The notes beneath the pieces were generated by a model that saw only the letters and a program-made list of their open reading frames with translations, had not been told where the DNA came from and did no database searches. Of a stretch of DNA of 64,000 nt, positions 38,180 to 50,910 are shown piece by piece. The DNA is taken from the NCBI GenBank assembly GCA_951406725.2, contig OX597815.1, positions 211,668,001 to 211,732,000 on the forward strand, in the 5' to 3' direction. The DNA is from Octopus vulgaris. Lineage: Eukaryota. Each line of letters begins with the position of its first letter. The stretch's first letter is position 1. Made by a program: the position numbers and the translations under genes.

Positions 38180-38584
38180 GTATTTTCTGCTCTATTTATT
38201 TATTCATTTATATTTTTGTTATAGAGTTTTGTAAGGAAATTATTTGTAGTAGTTTGTAGTAGGGTCGTGCAAAATGTTAACCCTTTTTGCTCTTGATAAT
38301 GTCCCCGACATTGTTCACTGGTTTCTTGCGGTAAACGGTGCTGATGGTAGCCAGATACTAGAAAAGTATTCACCGATTTCGCCAGAGAAAGCCTTAAAGT
38401 GGCTGCTGAAATGGCTAAAGAACGCCTTGAAATTGCAATAGGTGTTGAAAAACACCTATTGCCTAAAGTGTGAAATGTTCTCAACGACAAATAGTAATGA
38501 ATACGACCTTTATACAGGTCAAAAAGCGTCCCAAACATATTTCAACTCATCTACATGCTTGCTCACAATATATTCTTTCTTTGC
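38180..38584 (-). other. Candidate terminal exon with 3' UTR
   Basis: ATTGTATAG|GCAAAG acceptor, stops in all frames within 66 nt, AATAAA at 38195-38204, non-repetitive sequence. Confidence 0.3.
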
Positions 38585-39061
38585 CTATACAATATAGATG
38601 GTTATCATCATCGCCGCCATCGTCGTCATCATCACCATGATAAAAGTACTACTGTTAGTTCTATTGTTGGTAATGATGGTATAATACTCCTTCGTAAGGC
38701 GGCGAGCTGGCAGAAACGTTAGTATGCCGGGCGAAATGCGTAGCGGTATTTCGTCCTCGGACGTTTTCTTTCTAGGTGCAATCCCACGGTCAGTCATGAA
38801 GGAAAGGGGTCTCAACAACAACACAACAGCATTTCTTTTCTAAGCCCTCCAAAGTGCAACACACGGTTGCTCAGTAGACTCCATCTTTCTGTTTTCTCAA
38901 TGTTATCTGAGAGATGGAGAACGAACTGCAAGAAGTATCAAACTACAAAACACTTTGAAAGCCTCCTGGAATCCAGCTTCTACGCAGTGAGGCACTGAAC
39001 ATGACATTATCAAGTATCAGAATCCCACCTACAGCATCCTCCCAAATGCTCGTTATGTAAC

Positions 39062-39419
39062 TCTATCATCTTCATCGTTCCCGCCACCAACATCATCACC
39101 ATCATCCTCATCTTCATCTTCATCATTATCATTATCATCATCAATCATCATCATCGTCATCATTATCGCTCATCAACAGCATCATCATCGCTCCTCCTCC
39201 TCGTCCTCCTCCCCATCATCATCATCATCATCATTAGAAGCACTAGAACTAACACGATTATTATATTGAAAACGACACCGATGATGTTCGTGATGATGAT
39301 GATGATAATGATGATGGTGGTGGTGGTGGTGGTGGTGATGGCTATGGTGGTGGTGGTGGTGATGATGATGATGATGATGTTGATGATGATGATGATGGTG
39401 ATGGTGGTGGATATGGTGG

Positions 39420-39450
<31 letters not shown>

Positions 39451-39548
39451 CGTGGTGGTGGTGATGGATATGGTGGTGGTGGTGGTGGTGATGATGATGA
39501 TAATGATGGTGATGATGATGATGATGGTGATGGTGGTGGATATGGTGG

Positions 39549-39579
<31 letters not shown>

Positions 39580-39725
39580 CGTGGTGGTGGTGGTGGTGGT
39601 GGTGGTGATGATGATGATGTTGATGATGATGATGATGATGGTGATGGTGGTGTTGGTGGTGGTGGTGTTGGTGGTGATGATGATGATGATGATAAGGATC
39701 ATCATCATCATCATCATCATCATCC
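39062..39725. repeat. Compound trinucleotide repeat (CAT)n-(GAT/GGT)n-(CAT)n
   Basis: Orientation switches near 39280 and 39698; internal duplicated block containing GATCGTGG. Confidence 0.95.
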
Positions 39726-39739
39726 ATTTTTTTCTTTAC

Positions 39740-39755
39740 CGCAGCTGAAATCCAT
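39740..39755 (-). other. Candidate 16-nt microexon
   Basis: T13-AG|ATGGATTTCAGCTGCG|GTAAAG. Confidence 0.35.
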
Positions 39756-40698
39756 CTAAAAAAAAAAAAATCAGAAAATAGTATATCGTGGTTACGATAT
39801 AAGAATCTCCACCTGGTACAGATATTTTGAAGAGTAAAACCAAAAAAAAACAAAAATAACTGTCCAGATAACACAACTATATTATAAAGATAGAGTATTA
39901 AAAGTATTAATGAAGAAAATTATTTTACATCGTCGTCGTCGTCGTCGTAGTGGTTGTGGCAGCGGTGGCGGCGGTGGCGGTGCTGGTGGTGGTAATGTCG
40001 GTGATGAAGGGCAAGGTATTTTATAGAAGGAAAGAAGAAAAAAAAACGCACCAAGTTTAGAGAATATAGGAGAAGATAAACTAAATATTAGATAAGAACT
40101 ATGGTGAAAATAATCACAGATAGTTGTACTAATTCTGACATCTGAGAATTTCAAAAATATTAGATCCCAGCAACACATTTTACTTTCTCTACTGATAACT
40201 TTAAGCTGAGATATTTTTTCCTCAACATTACCCTATATGTATTTCCTTTCATCCAACATTCCCTCTCCTGTTGCATCGCAATTATTTTACGGTTACCCTA
40301 TTAAGGAGGTGCATTTCTCAGATCCGTTACTGAGTTGGACAAAATATATTGCGGTATTTAGTTACCGTCTTTTATGCTTTGAGTTTAAATTTCTCGGAGG
40401 TCAATTTTGCTGTTCACCTCTCTGGGTTCAGTAGCATGATGTATCTTTCATGTACTGAGGTCGATGTAAATCGACAAGCATGCGTCTCAAATGTCAGGCC
40501 TTTTGCCTATATTAAAAGTAATTATTAGTGTTATCACATTAAGAAGGTATATTGCGTTATTTATTTACAACTTCGCTTTATTAATTTACAACCATCTACG
40601 TTCTGGGATCAAGTTCCTCCGAAGTCGTCTTTACTCTTCATATTTCTGGGGTTGATAGAGTGAAGTTCCAGGCAAGTACTGATGTCTACACTTCTCAT

Positions 40699-40897
40699 TA
40701 TACGAAGGGCTGCTGAAAAGTTTCTGGATTTGACTAAAAGAAAATACAGGATGATAGGTTAATTATGCTTTCGTTCAACATATTCCCCGATCAGATTCTC
40801 TCACTTGTTGCAGCGGTCGTTCAGTTTTTCTAAGCCATGTAAAAAGATCAGAGAAGGTTGGACCTCCAGCCTGGCGTTTCTCGATACCCTTAAAGGT
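40699..40897 (-). mobile_element. Third copy of the mariner-derived MITE, right end truncated
   Basis: TACGAAGGGCTGCTGAAAAG...TTCAACATATTCCCC...GCAGCGGTC. Confidence 0.85.
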
Positions 40898-41169
40898 TTT
40901 GAATTTAACTTATGTCAAGCTCAACATTATCATGTTTGTTTGTTTTTTTAACTTTCTAAAGCCGATGTAACGATGTTCCAGTGATGCACTGAGGTCTATA
41001 AAATAAAATTTCGTAAGATAAAGTACCAATCAAACCAAAGAACTGGTGTTGACATAATCGACTATTTCTCCGCCTCAAATTTTTGTCCTTGTGTCTATGA
41101 AAACAGTTATTACTGTTACTACATTAAGCCTGGTCATTGCAGAACAGTTTGCTTGTAAAACAAAATACT

Positions 41170-41620
41170 TAAATTAACCTCTTTGCACCCTTTGAGGCAA
41201 AGGTCATCGATTACTTTTCTCTACTGTTTTCATTTCTGCTTGTCTGCATTTCGATTTCTGCTTTTCCAGATTTGCCTTAGTAACCCGCATCCAGATAGTC
41301 TTAGAATATCCTCTCTTCCACTTCCCTTGTGGATTCCAAAATCAGGACCTGACGTGCTATTTGTTTGCCTAAGAGAAAGCCTTCTTCTCCCAGGTCATGT
41401 TGGTTTTCTATTGTCAGTAATTCTTCTGTAACTTTGCCTTCTTTTTCTAGGTAGGGTGTTGGCCCTTCACAAAGCCAGTTTCTGGGTAAACGTGATCCAT
41501 ATTAGTTTGGCCTCTATACTTCGACCTATCCAGCATGGCAGACTCTACCAGGAGCTTGCATGTCACTGGCATAGCTTTCAGTGTCATTGAACCACAACAC
41601 CGCAAAAGGAACTGGACCTT
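41170..41620 (-). mobile_element. Degenerate RTE-derived element
   Basis: Decayed ARQ..WNPQGKWKRG and KVIDDLC C-terminal motifs; adjacent segment resembles an RTE-type UTR. Confidence 0.5.
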
Positions 41621-42073
41621 GTTGTGAGTAGACCAAAATACTTCGTGGCATTTAGTTACGGCTATTTACATCTTTTATTCAAATTCCTCCGAGATCAACT
41701 TTACTTTTCATTTTCCCGCGATCGATAAATAAAGAGCCAGTCAAATACTTTGGCCCGAAGTTATGCATCTGAGAATCTCACCAAAGTATCTAAGCGATCG
41801 TTCAGTTTGCATCGTCAGCTTTTTGTTTATTTGTTTTATTTGCGTACCACCCTCACAGAAACCAGTGTCCAATGTTAATTTTAAATTCGCCATCAACACC
41901 AGGAAAATTCTTCACAGGTGCCATGTTTATTTTCTTTTTCGCCAACCCAAATCTTGAAATGAAATTCTTACTCGCTGCTCACACTTGAACTCTCACCGAC
42001 GCACACAGCTTCAGATCAACTGCTTCCATCAGAAGCGTCCGGTGAGTTACTCATTTATTATTACTGACCATTA

Positions 42074-42278
42074 AGGCAGAATCGTTAGCATGCCGGGGGA
42101 AATGTTTAGAGGCATTTCCTCAATCTTTACGTTCTGAGTTCAATTTCCGCCAAGGTCGACTTTACCCTTCATCCTTTCGGAGTCGATAAATTAAGTACCA
42201 GTGAAACACTAGGGTCGATGTAATCAGCTAGTCCTCTCCACCGAAAGTTCAGGCTTTGTGTCTTTAGTAGAAAGGGTT
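42074..42278 (+). mobile_element. SINE-A
   Basis: GGCAGAATCGTTAGC...TTCATCCTTTCGGAGTCGATAAATTAAGTACCAG. Confidence 0.88.
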
Positions 42279-42831
42279 ATTACATGCAATCTTCATCAAA
42301 ACCATAATTATTCTTAGCCTTTTTCTTTTTCTTATTTTCTGTTATCCACCCACATTTGATAATTTTTTATAAATTATATTCGATTAAGTCATTTAAATGT
42401 GGTTTGCATAATGACTTTCAACCGCTTCTTTACTATATCTACCCCGTCAGCACACTCTTACTAAATCTAAAAACAATAACAAACAACTTTCACTTTTTAT
42501 TTGTTTCAGTTAAAGGACTGCGGTCATGCTAGAGCTCCGCCTTGAAGCGTTTAGTTAAACAAATCGATTCCACTATTACTTATTTTGTCGGTTACTTTTG
42601 CTAGATTACGGGGACGCAGGTTGTCAAGCAGACACACATAGTTACTTGTAACTTAATATAATAAAGTGTTTCCTGAGTACCCGTTGTGGTTGAGCATCTA
42701 CATGCCCTTGGAACATCTATTACAGGGCTCCAAGCAACCATAATGATGAAACGCGCGTGTAAATTATAATATAAAATTGTTTATCCGTATTTTCCCTATA
42801 TATATATGTACATACATACATGCATACATAC

Positions 42832-42887
<56 letters not shown>

Positions 42888-42967
42888 TGATAAATCTCAG
42901 AGCGAGTTATAAACAGTAGCGGTAACACATCGTGACGTATATTCATATGGCAAATATACGTATATAT

Positions 42968-43047
<80 letters not shown>

Positions 43048-43072
43048 AGGTTTGGAGATGATGTACAGGTAT

Positions 43073-43366
43073 TATATATTAGAAGAAATGAGGTACTCAG
43101 AAGATCGGATGGTTTATATTTACAGATATTTATTTGTATATTAAATTTTATATATATATATCATATCACTTAGATCATTAGCGCTTTCTCCCATTCTAGT
43201 GGGGTTTTCAAATCAAACTAAGTTGATTTGAAAACCTCACTAGAATGGGAGAAAGCGCTAATGATCTAAGTGATATGATATATATATATAAAATGTAATA
43301 TACAAATAAATATCTGTAAATGTAAACCATCCGATCTTCTGAGTACCTCATTTCTTCTAATATATA
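43073..43366. repeat. Near-perfect 294-bp palindrome
   Basis: About 144-bp arms with only a few mismatches; loop near ACTAAG at 43217-43222; lies between (TA)n runs. Confidence 0.95.
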
Positions 43367-43678
43367 TATATATATATATATATACATACATACATACATA
43401 CATACATACATACATACATACATACATACATTATATATATATATATACGGCCTTGTTTTGTTTGTATATCCACATTTGTGCCATGTTTGCTTTTGTTACT
43501 GTCCCCAATGTTTGCTCGCTATCCTCAACAGCTTCTCGCTATGAACACCACCGGAAGTAAGGAATATCATCATTAAAGGTGTGAAATTGTAAGGACCTTT
43601 TTGACGATAACTGATGAGGAATGAACAGCGTCGAGTCTCATGTTAATTTTCAATCTGTTGTGGTTGTTTAAATTTTGG

Positions 43679-43720
<42 letters not shown>

Positions 43721-44679
43721 AGCACATATATACAAGACATTTGCCAACCAAATGTACTCACAACGCATTTGTCTGCCCGGAGTGATAGAAGAAGTCACTT
43801 GCCCAAGCTGCCGCACAGTGGGAATGAACCCAAAACGACTTAGTGACAGGCGAGCTTCTTAACCACAATCCTGCCTGCCCTTATAATAACTAAACATAAA
43901 CACTAATTCAGTAGATCATTGTGAATTGGATAAAGGTTTGCCTTTTTTCTTAGCTTTACTTATTGAATTTTATTTGTTTTTCAGAAATGTTGTTAATACG
44001 ATATTGTTTACTGATAATAATTACTTTAATCTAAAGATTGCTTGTTGAATCAATATAACTCTAAGATTAATAGCCCTAACACAGCAGTAGATACCAGAGA
44101 TAACTCAGCAACCAGCAACAAAGAAATCTCGATTAACTATAAGAATTTTTTGTTAAACTCCAGAATTCATATTTAAACAAACAGAGGGAGTTTCTTTGAA
44201 GGGGGACGGTGATCAAACGAGAAATTGATAAACGAGAAAAAGTTAAAACGAAGAATGAAGTAAGATGAAATCCGTTTTATTCCTTCTTTAGTATAATTAA
44301 CTAAAGACGGGTAGCATTGTCATTGACTATGGAACTCTGTAATCTGTTTTTTTATAACAAAAGATCATTTAATTCTTCCGATAAATTGATGGTTTTCTAT
44401 TGCTCTGTTGTTAAGGAGTAGCCAATTATATATTAAGGCTGTTATTGTTTTCCTAATATATTAATATATGATATATTAATGACAATGGAAATCATCAGAA
44501 AATGCATTTAATATCTCCAAAGATAAAATTTGTGTAAATGAATGAATGAACGTGCGTGTGTGTGTGTGTGTGTGAAGCAAAATGAGATATCTGTCATATA
44601 GTGAATAAAATTTTCAACGGTGGATGAAAATTCGCTGCATTATGACATCATCGAGTTACATAATCTTAACATAATCTTT

Positions 44680-45476
44680 TCTGATTTAGACTCAAAGCCA
44701 GTCATTTTGAGGGAAGGACAGAGAGAATAGTAATGACCCCAGCACTAGACTGGTGTTTTATGCTATCGACTCCGGATGAATGAAAGGCGAAGTTGATAAT
44801 GCCAAGATTCGAACTCAGAACATAAAGAGCCGTATCAGATATCACACGTCAATTTTTCAGCACTGACGATTCTGCTGGTTCACTGCTTTCAATTTATATA
44901 AGATAATGGTTTTTAATTTAGGCACAACATCAGCAATTTTCAGAGGCGGGCCTTAGTCAATAGCATCGACCCAGTACTAAACTGGTATGTTGACATCGGT
45001 GGAATTAAATGACTGATGCTAATTTAGGCACAAGGACTTCAGTTTCGAAGAAAGAGGGTTAATCGATATTATCTATCCCAGTACTGAGCGGGTACTTTAT
45101 TTTACCAACCCTGAAAGAATGAAAAGTAAAGCTGACCTCCACGAGATTTGAATTTGGAATGTAAAAGACCCAGGACAAATACGACATAGAATTCTTCGAC
45201 ACAACTAACAATTCTGCCGTTAACGTATATAAAATAATTCTGCCTTTAACGTATATAAAATAATTCTGCCTTTAACGTATATAATTCTTTTCAATTATGG
45301 CACAAGGCAATTTTGAGGGTGGCGGTAAGTTGATTACAACAACTTCAGTACTTAACTGGTACTTCCTTTATCGACCCCGAGAGGATGAAAGGCAAAATTG
45401 ATCTCGACAGCAGTTGAACTCAGATCGTAAAACATTTTGTCTGATGCGCAGACGATTCTGCCAGCTGTCGCCTTTA
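44680..45476 (-). mobile_element. Tandem cluster of about 4 degenerate SINE-A copies
   Basis: Repeated GGCACAA...GCAATTTT...CAGTACT..ACTGGTA units. Confidence 0.8.
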
Positions 45477-45712
45477 ACGTGTATGAAATAATGGCGTTCT
45501 CATAGACGTAGTTTCAATTATGTTTCACCATTTTCTGTCATATTACATTTCTGTGTTTGAACTTTGAATATTTGTAGGCACGATATTTCTCTAGGATTAG
45601 GTTTCTCACAAAATGTCATATTTTGATGAACGAATAATGAATGAGTCTGATCACACCTCGTTAACTTTATAAATAACTTGGACCTTTTAGCACTTGATAT
45701 TAAGCTATGCAG

Positions 45713-47735
45713 AAAGCGGCGGCAGGCTGATAGAATAGTCAGGAAAAATGCTTAGCGGCATTTCGTCCATCTTTACGTTCTGAGTTCAAATTCCACTGAG
45801 ATCGATTTCGCCTTTTATCCTTTTGGGATCGATAAAATAATTACCAGTTGGTCACCGGGGTCAATATAATCGACTAGTTCCCTTCCACAAAGTTTTGGCT
45901 TTGTGCCTGTAGTAAAAAGGATACTATACTATGCAGAAAAGGCGAGGAACTGGCAGAATCGTTTGCACGCCGGGTAAAATGGATAGCGGCATTTCGTCCG
46001 TCTTTACGTTCTGAGTTCAAATTCCATCGAGGTTAACTTTACTTTTCATCCTTTCGGGGTCGATAAAATAAGTACCAGTTGATAACTGGAGTCAATGTAA
46101 TCAACTATACCCGCACCACGAAATTGCTGGCCGTGTGCCAAAATTTGAAACCAATATTTTGCTATGCGGAAAGGCGACGAGCTAGCAGAAGCGTTACTCG
46201 CCGGGCAAAATGCTTAGCAGTACTTTGTACTTTCTTAATTCAAATGCTACAGAGGCCAACTTAGCCTTTCTTCCTTTTGCGGTCGATAGAATGAAGTGCC
46301 GGTCAAGTACTAGGACCGTTGAGTTCGACTACCCTCACCTGCTAAAATTCAGGACCTTTTGCCAAAATTTGAAACCGACATCAGGCTATGCAGAAGGTGG
46401 AGAGCTGACAGACTCGTTAGAACGGGCAAAATGCTAAGTGACATTTCACCCATCTTTACGTTCAGAGTTCAAATTCCACCAAGGTCAACTTTGCCTTTCG
46501 TGCTTTCAGAGTCGATAAAATAAGTACCAATTATGCACTGGGGTCGAACCTCCAAACACTACCCTATGCGATCCCCACCAAGAAAATACACACACACACA
46601 CACAAAAAAAAAATAGAGACAATAACCCCACCAAAAAATATTTTAAACCATAAATTTATCGTATATTCAGTATGTTTCCCCCGAAATTGCTGTCCTTGAG
46701 CCAAAGGAGGCGAGGTGGAAGAATCGTTAGTTCACTGGAAACAATGCTTAGTGGCATTTCGTCCGTCTTTACGTTCCGAGTTCAAATTCCACCGAGATCG
46801 ACTTTGCCTTTTATCCTTTCGAAGTCGATAAAATAGGTACCAGTTAACCATGGGGATCAATGTAATCGACTTACCACCTCCCCTGAAATTGCTAGCCTTG
46901 TGACAAAATTTGAAACCGATATTTTGCTACGCAGAAAGGCGACGAACTGGCAGAAAAGTTAGCACACCGGGCGAAATGCTTAGCGGTATTTCGTCTGTCC
47001 CTGCCTTCTGAGTTCAAATTCCGCCGAGGTCGACTTTGCCTTTCATCCTTTCGGGGTCGATTAAATTAGTACCAGTTACGCACTGGAGTCGATATAATCG
47101 ACTTAATCCGTTTGTCTGTCCTTGTTTGTTCTCTCTGTGTTTAGCCCCTTGTGGGTGGTAAAGAAATAGGAATTTCGTCTGCCGTTACGTTTTGAGTTCA
47201 AATTCCGCCGAGGTCGACTTTGCCTTTCATCCTTTCGGGGTCGATAAATTAAGTACCAGTTACGCACTGGGGCCGATGTAATCGACTTTAATCCCTTTGT
47301 CTGTCCTTGTTTGTCTCCTCTATGTTTAGCCCCTTGTGGGTAGTAAAGAAATAGGTATTTCGTCTGCCGTTACGTTCTGAGTTCAAATTCCGCCGAAGTC
47401 GACTTTGCCTTTCATCCTTTCGGGGTTGATAAATTAAGTACCAGTTACGCACTGGGGTCGATGTAATCGACTTAATCCCTTTGTCTGTCCTTGTTTGTCT
47501 CCTCTATGTTTAGCCCCCTGTGGGCAATAAAGAATTAAGAAGCGTTACCGCGCCAACTAAAATCATTAACGGCATCTTATCTGTCTGAACGTTCTTAGTT
47601 AAAATGCTGCAGATTTTATCTTTGTTTTTCTTCCTTTCGTGGTTGATGAAATGAATTGGCAGTGAAGCATTGGGGGTCGATGTAATCGACTATTTCTTTC
47701 CGCTAAAATTGCTGCCATTCTGCTAAAATTTGAAA
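45713..47735 (+). mobile_element. Tandem array of about 9 SINE-A units
   Basis: Units start near 45713, 45938, 46170, 46394, 46705, 46937, 47170, 47355 and 47540. Confidence 0.92.
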
Positions 47736-48581
47736 TGGCATTATGCTATGGAACCTTATGAGATTGTAGGTAGTTTTAGAAGACATGGGTGCATCCTTCA
47801 CTTTTGAGATGCACACAAAGTAACGTTAACCAAGAGCAAAAGAAATAAATCGACATTTTAATGGAAGAATAAATGGATGTCCATAACAATGCAACAGAAA
47901 TCCTTCCCTTTATAGATAATTAGGTACGGGATGTGAAAACTGGGAAGATATTCCAACTGACGAGGAGTGTTTGTATATGCTCGAATAAACCGATAAACAT
48001 AAACAACTTCAGCTGATTCCAAAATCTGAGTCACTGAGAAGCTATCCCTCTTAATTATTATAGGAAGTAGGAAAAAGCAAATTTACGGAAAACATCCTCT
48101 TGAAATATGCCAGGCATAGATGAGTCGCAATAAATATATTTTTATGTGATATTTAATAAGTTTCATTATGATACATATTTGACCCTTCCTTTTTTTACTA
48201 TATAAAAAACGTGTACTTATTTTGTGACTCCGGAAGAACAGAAGGAAAAAGTCAACTGGATGTTATTTAAAAGAGAGGATGGAAATCTGAGGATGTTTGT
48301 GTGTACGTGTGCGTGTACGTGTACGTGTACGTGTGTATGCATGTGTGTGCAAGAGACAGTGTATGTACATAGGTGCAAAATAAATATAATACAAAGACGA
48401 GAAAAAAAAACACACCGTGTTAGGTTAAAGGTCAGGAGATAGGGAAGAAACGGAGGAAACGTCTTTTATATTTCAAGTATACGCTCTTCTTCTGAAAGAA
48501 AGGGTAGGCAGTTATAAAATAACTAGAGAAGGAAGATAAAGAGACGTAACAAACATAATACATACATACATATATATGTAT

Positions 48582-48622
<41 letters not shown>

Positions 48623-48667
48623 GGATAGATGGATGGATGGATGGATGGATGGATGGATAGATGGATG

Positions 48668-48763
<96 letters not shown>
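48582..48763. repeat. (GATA)n/(GATG)n microsatellite
   Basis: Tetranucleotide run. Confidence 0.95.
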
Positions 48764-48765
<2 letters not shown>

Positions 48766-48959
48766 CAAAGAGAGAAAGAATGATCCGCCGCTTTACGATC
48801 GGAAACATCATACTGAATAAACAATATATTTATGGCTTAAAAGTTTCTTTGATGGAGTTATTGCCTCTTAATTATGTCTCTATGCGTGCATGTTTTTTTA
48901 TGGGAGATCGCATATCTTAGTGTTTGGCAAAATGTAACCACGTGAGTATCGTTGGCGAT

Positions 48960-49113
48960 TTTCTTCCCCCGGACTTTCCTCTATTTCTGAAAAAGTTCTT
49001 TGTACGAAACGTTAAATCTTCTTTCCTTCCTTTCCTGAGCGTCTGATAATACAGTACTTGTGCCAGTCCTCGCGTTATTGTTTTTTCTTGATTGTTCTTC
49101 TTTGTTTGGATTA
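48960..49113 (+). mobile_element. Single arm of a dispersed element with a hammerhead-like core
   Basis: ATTT-CTGAAAAA-GTTC-TTT-GTAC-GAAAC-GTT-AAAT; distal part resembles the reverse complement of 6278-6368. Confidence 0.6.
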
Positions 49114-49114
49114 T

Positions 49115-49149
<35 letters not shown>

Positions 49150-49195
49150 CATATATATATATATACATATTTATACATATATATATATATATACA

Positions 49196-49313
49196 TAGTT
49201 GGAATTTACAGAAAAACGAAAGACGAAGATGTGTATAAACAACAAACAGGTGTATTAGTTTAACGCTCGGGAAGGTGAGAATGTCTTTTACGTTTCGAGC
49301 CTACGATCTTCAC
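49196..49313 (-). mobile_element. Solo arm of the 59320-59632 palindromic family
   Basis: GTGTATTAGTTTAACGCTCGGGAA...CTTTTACGTTTCGAG shared. Confidence 0.85.
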
Positions 49314-49314
49314 C

Positions 49315-49362
<48 letters not shown>

Positions 49363-49762
49363 TTATGTATGACCTCAATAAATCACTGTCAAAAATTATT
49401 AAAATAACATCAATCCTTGATTAATAATGTATTTTCTTGCGGGAGGCGTCTCTGAATAATATTGTTTTTTGCACACCAATCATTGTGGAATCTTAATCAT
49501 CTACATAGTAATTCTTATGTTAATAAATATGCGAGTATTGTTAAGTCTGAAGTCCGTGTCTCATGACTGATGTCATCATAACACTAAAACGTTCCTAGGT
49601 TATCTCCAATATTCACCCCCCCCCCAAAAAAAAATTATTTATTAATGAATTACAAACTTTATTGTTTCTCGTCGCATAATGATTCTAAATCAGACTCTTA
49701 ATATTCATTGCTTTAAATATGTTAACACTAGAACTGATAGTCAATGCTAACTCTGTTGATAG

Positions 49763-50140
49763 TGGAGGCGCAATGGCCCAGTGGTTAGGGCAGCAGACTC
49801 GTGGTCGTAGGATCGCAGGTTCGATTCCCAGACCGGGCTCTGTGAGTGTTTATTGAGCGAAAACACCTAAAGCTCTACGAGGCTCCGGCATGGGGTGGTG
49901 GCGAACCCTGCTGCACTCTTTCGCCACAACTTTCTGTTACTCTTTCTTCCTGTTTCTGTTGTGCCTGTATTTTAAAGAGCCAGCATTGATACACTCCGTA
50001 TCACACTGAATCTCCACGAGAACTACGTTAAGGTACACGTGTGTGTGGAGTGCTCAGCCACTTGCACGTTAATTTCACGAGCAAGCTGTTCCATTGGTCG
50101 GATCAACTGGAACCCTCGTTGTCGGTTACGACAGAGTACA
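49763..50140 (+). mobile_element. Full-length SINE with head C and tail X
   Basis: A-box TGGCCCAGTGGTTAG and B-box GGTTCGATTCC. Confidence 0.92.
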
Positions 50141-50199
50141 ACGACGACTCTGTTGATACTTGGGGTCAAATATATAAATCAAAGAACGAAATGCTATCC

Positions 50200-50395
50200 T
50201 ATGGTTCCAAATTTTGCCATAAAGCAAAGGAGGTAGGGAAGTCGATTGCATTGACTCAAGTGCTCAACTGGTACGAACTTTATTGGTAAAAGGCAAAATC
50301 AACCTCAGTGGAGTTTGAACTTAGAAGTAAAGAGTCGAAAAAAATGCTGGTAAACAATTTCTCTGACTCACTAACGATTCTGCCATTTCTCCGTT
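50200..50395 (-). mobile_element. Degenerate SINE-A
   Basis: AAAGGCAAAATCAACCTCAGTGGAGTTTGAACT...CTAACGATTCTGCCA. Confidence 0.75.
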
Positions 50396-50910
50396 TACTA
50401 AATTTCATTATATGATCTGCACCAACAGACTCCCCTACAACATATTTAGACATGAATTTTTACCCAGTCAGATGTTTCAGTTATATAAGTCTTCTCATCA
50501 GACTACCTGGTATTCATAACCCAAGGAATTAACTAAAATACTAATCATATTTTTTTCGTTGATGTCTTTGCTTAGTCAATCCTGATCCAGTAGACCTGCA
50601 AGCAAAAAAACTCAAACATGGAACATGTCGTTTTAATTTCAGGGATTTTTCATTCAGAACAACAATGTCGAATGTGACCTTCCTTTTTGTAAGACAGTCG
50701 AGTGTAATTTGAAGACTTTTGCCTCGGAAATTAATATTACATATGTTGGTATTAGGGGCACTATTCAAAGAGATAAGCTCTCAGTAAGCTGAGGCCACGA
50801 GAGGATTCTGTGTATCTGGTTCTAGTATGGCGTCAGTGTCAGACAATCTCATATTTCGAGCTAAGGATGGTAACTCATTCAGGATACACATGGAGCTAGT
50901 CAGGAACATG

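Noticed and set aside
39163-39874. His-rich, Met/Val-rich or Ile/Thr-rich proteins
   Set aside because: Trinucleotide microsatellite translations open in several frames and on both strands
47957-47992. Hammerhead at CTGACGAGGAGT...GCTCGAAT; similar CTGATGAG hits near 12506 and 43611
   Set aside because: GAAA, stem III or stem I are missing and there is no palindromic context; could be chance
49763-49840. tRNA gene
   Set aside because: A and B boxes are present but run into a SINE body found in several copies; no convincing cloverleaf or terminator
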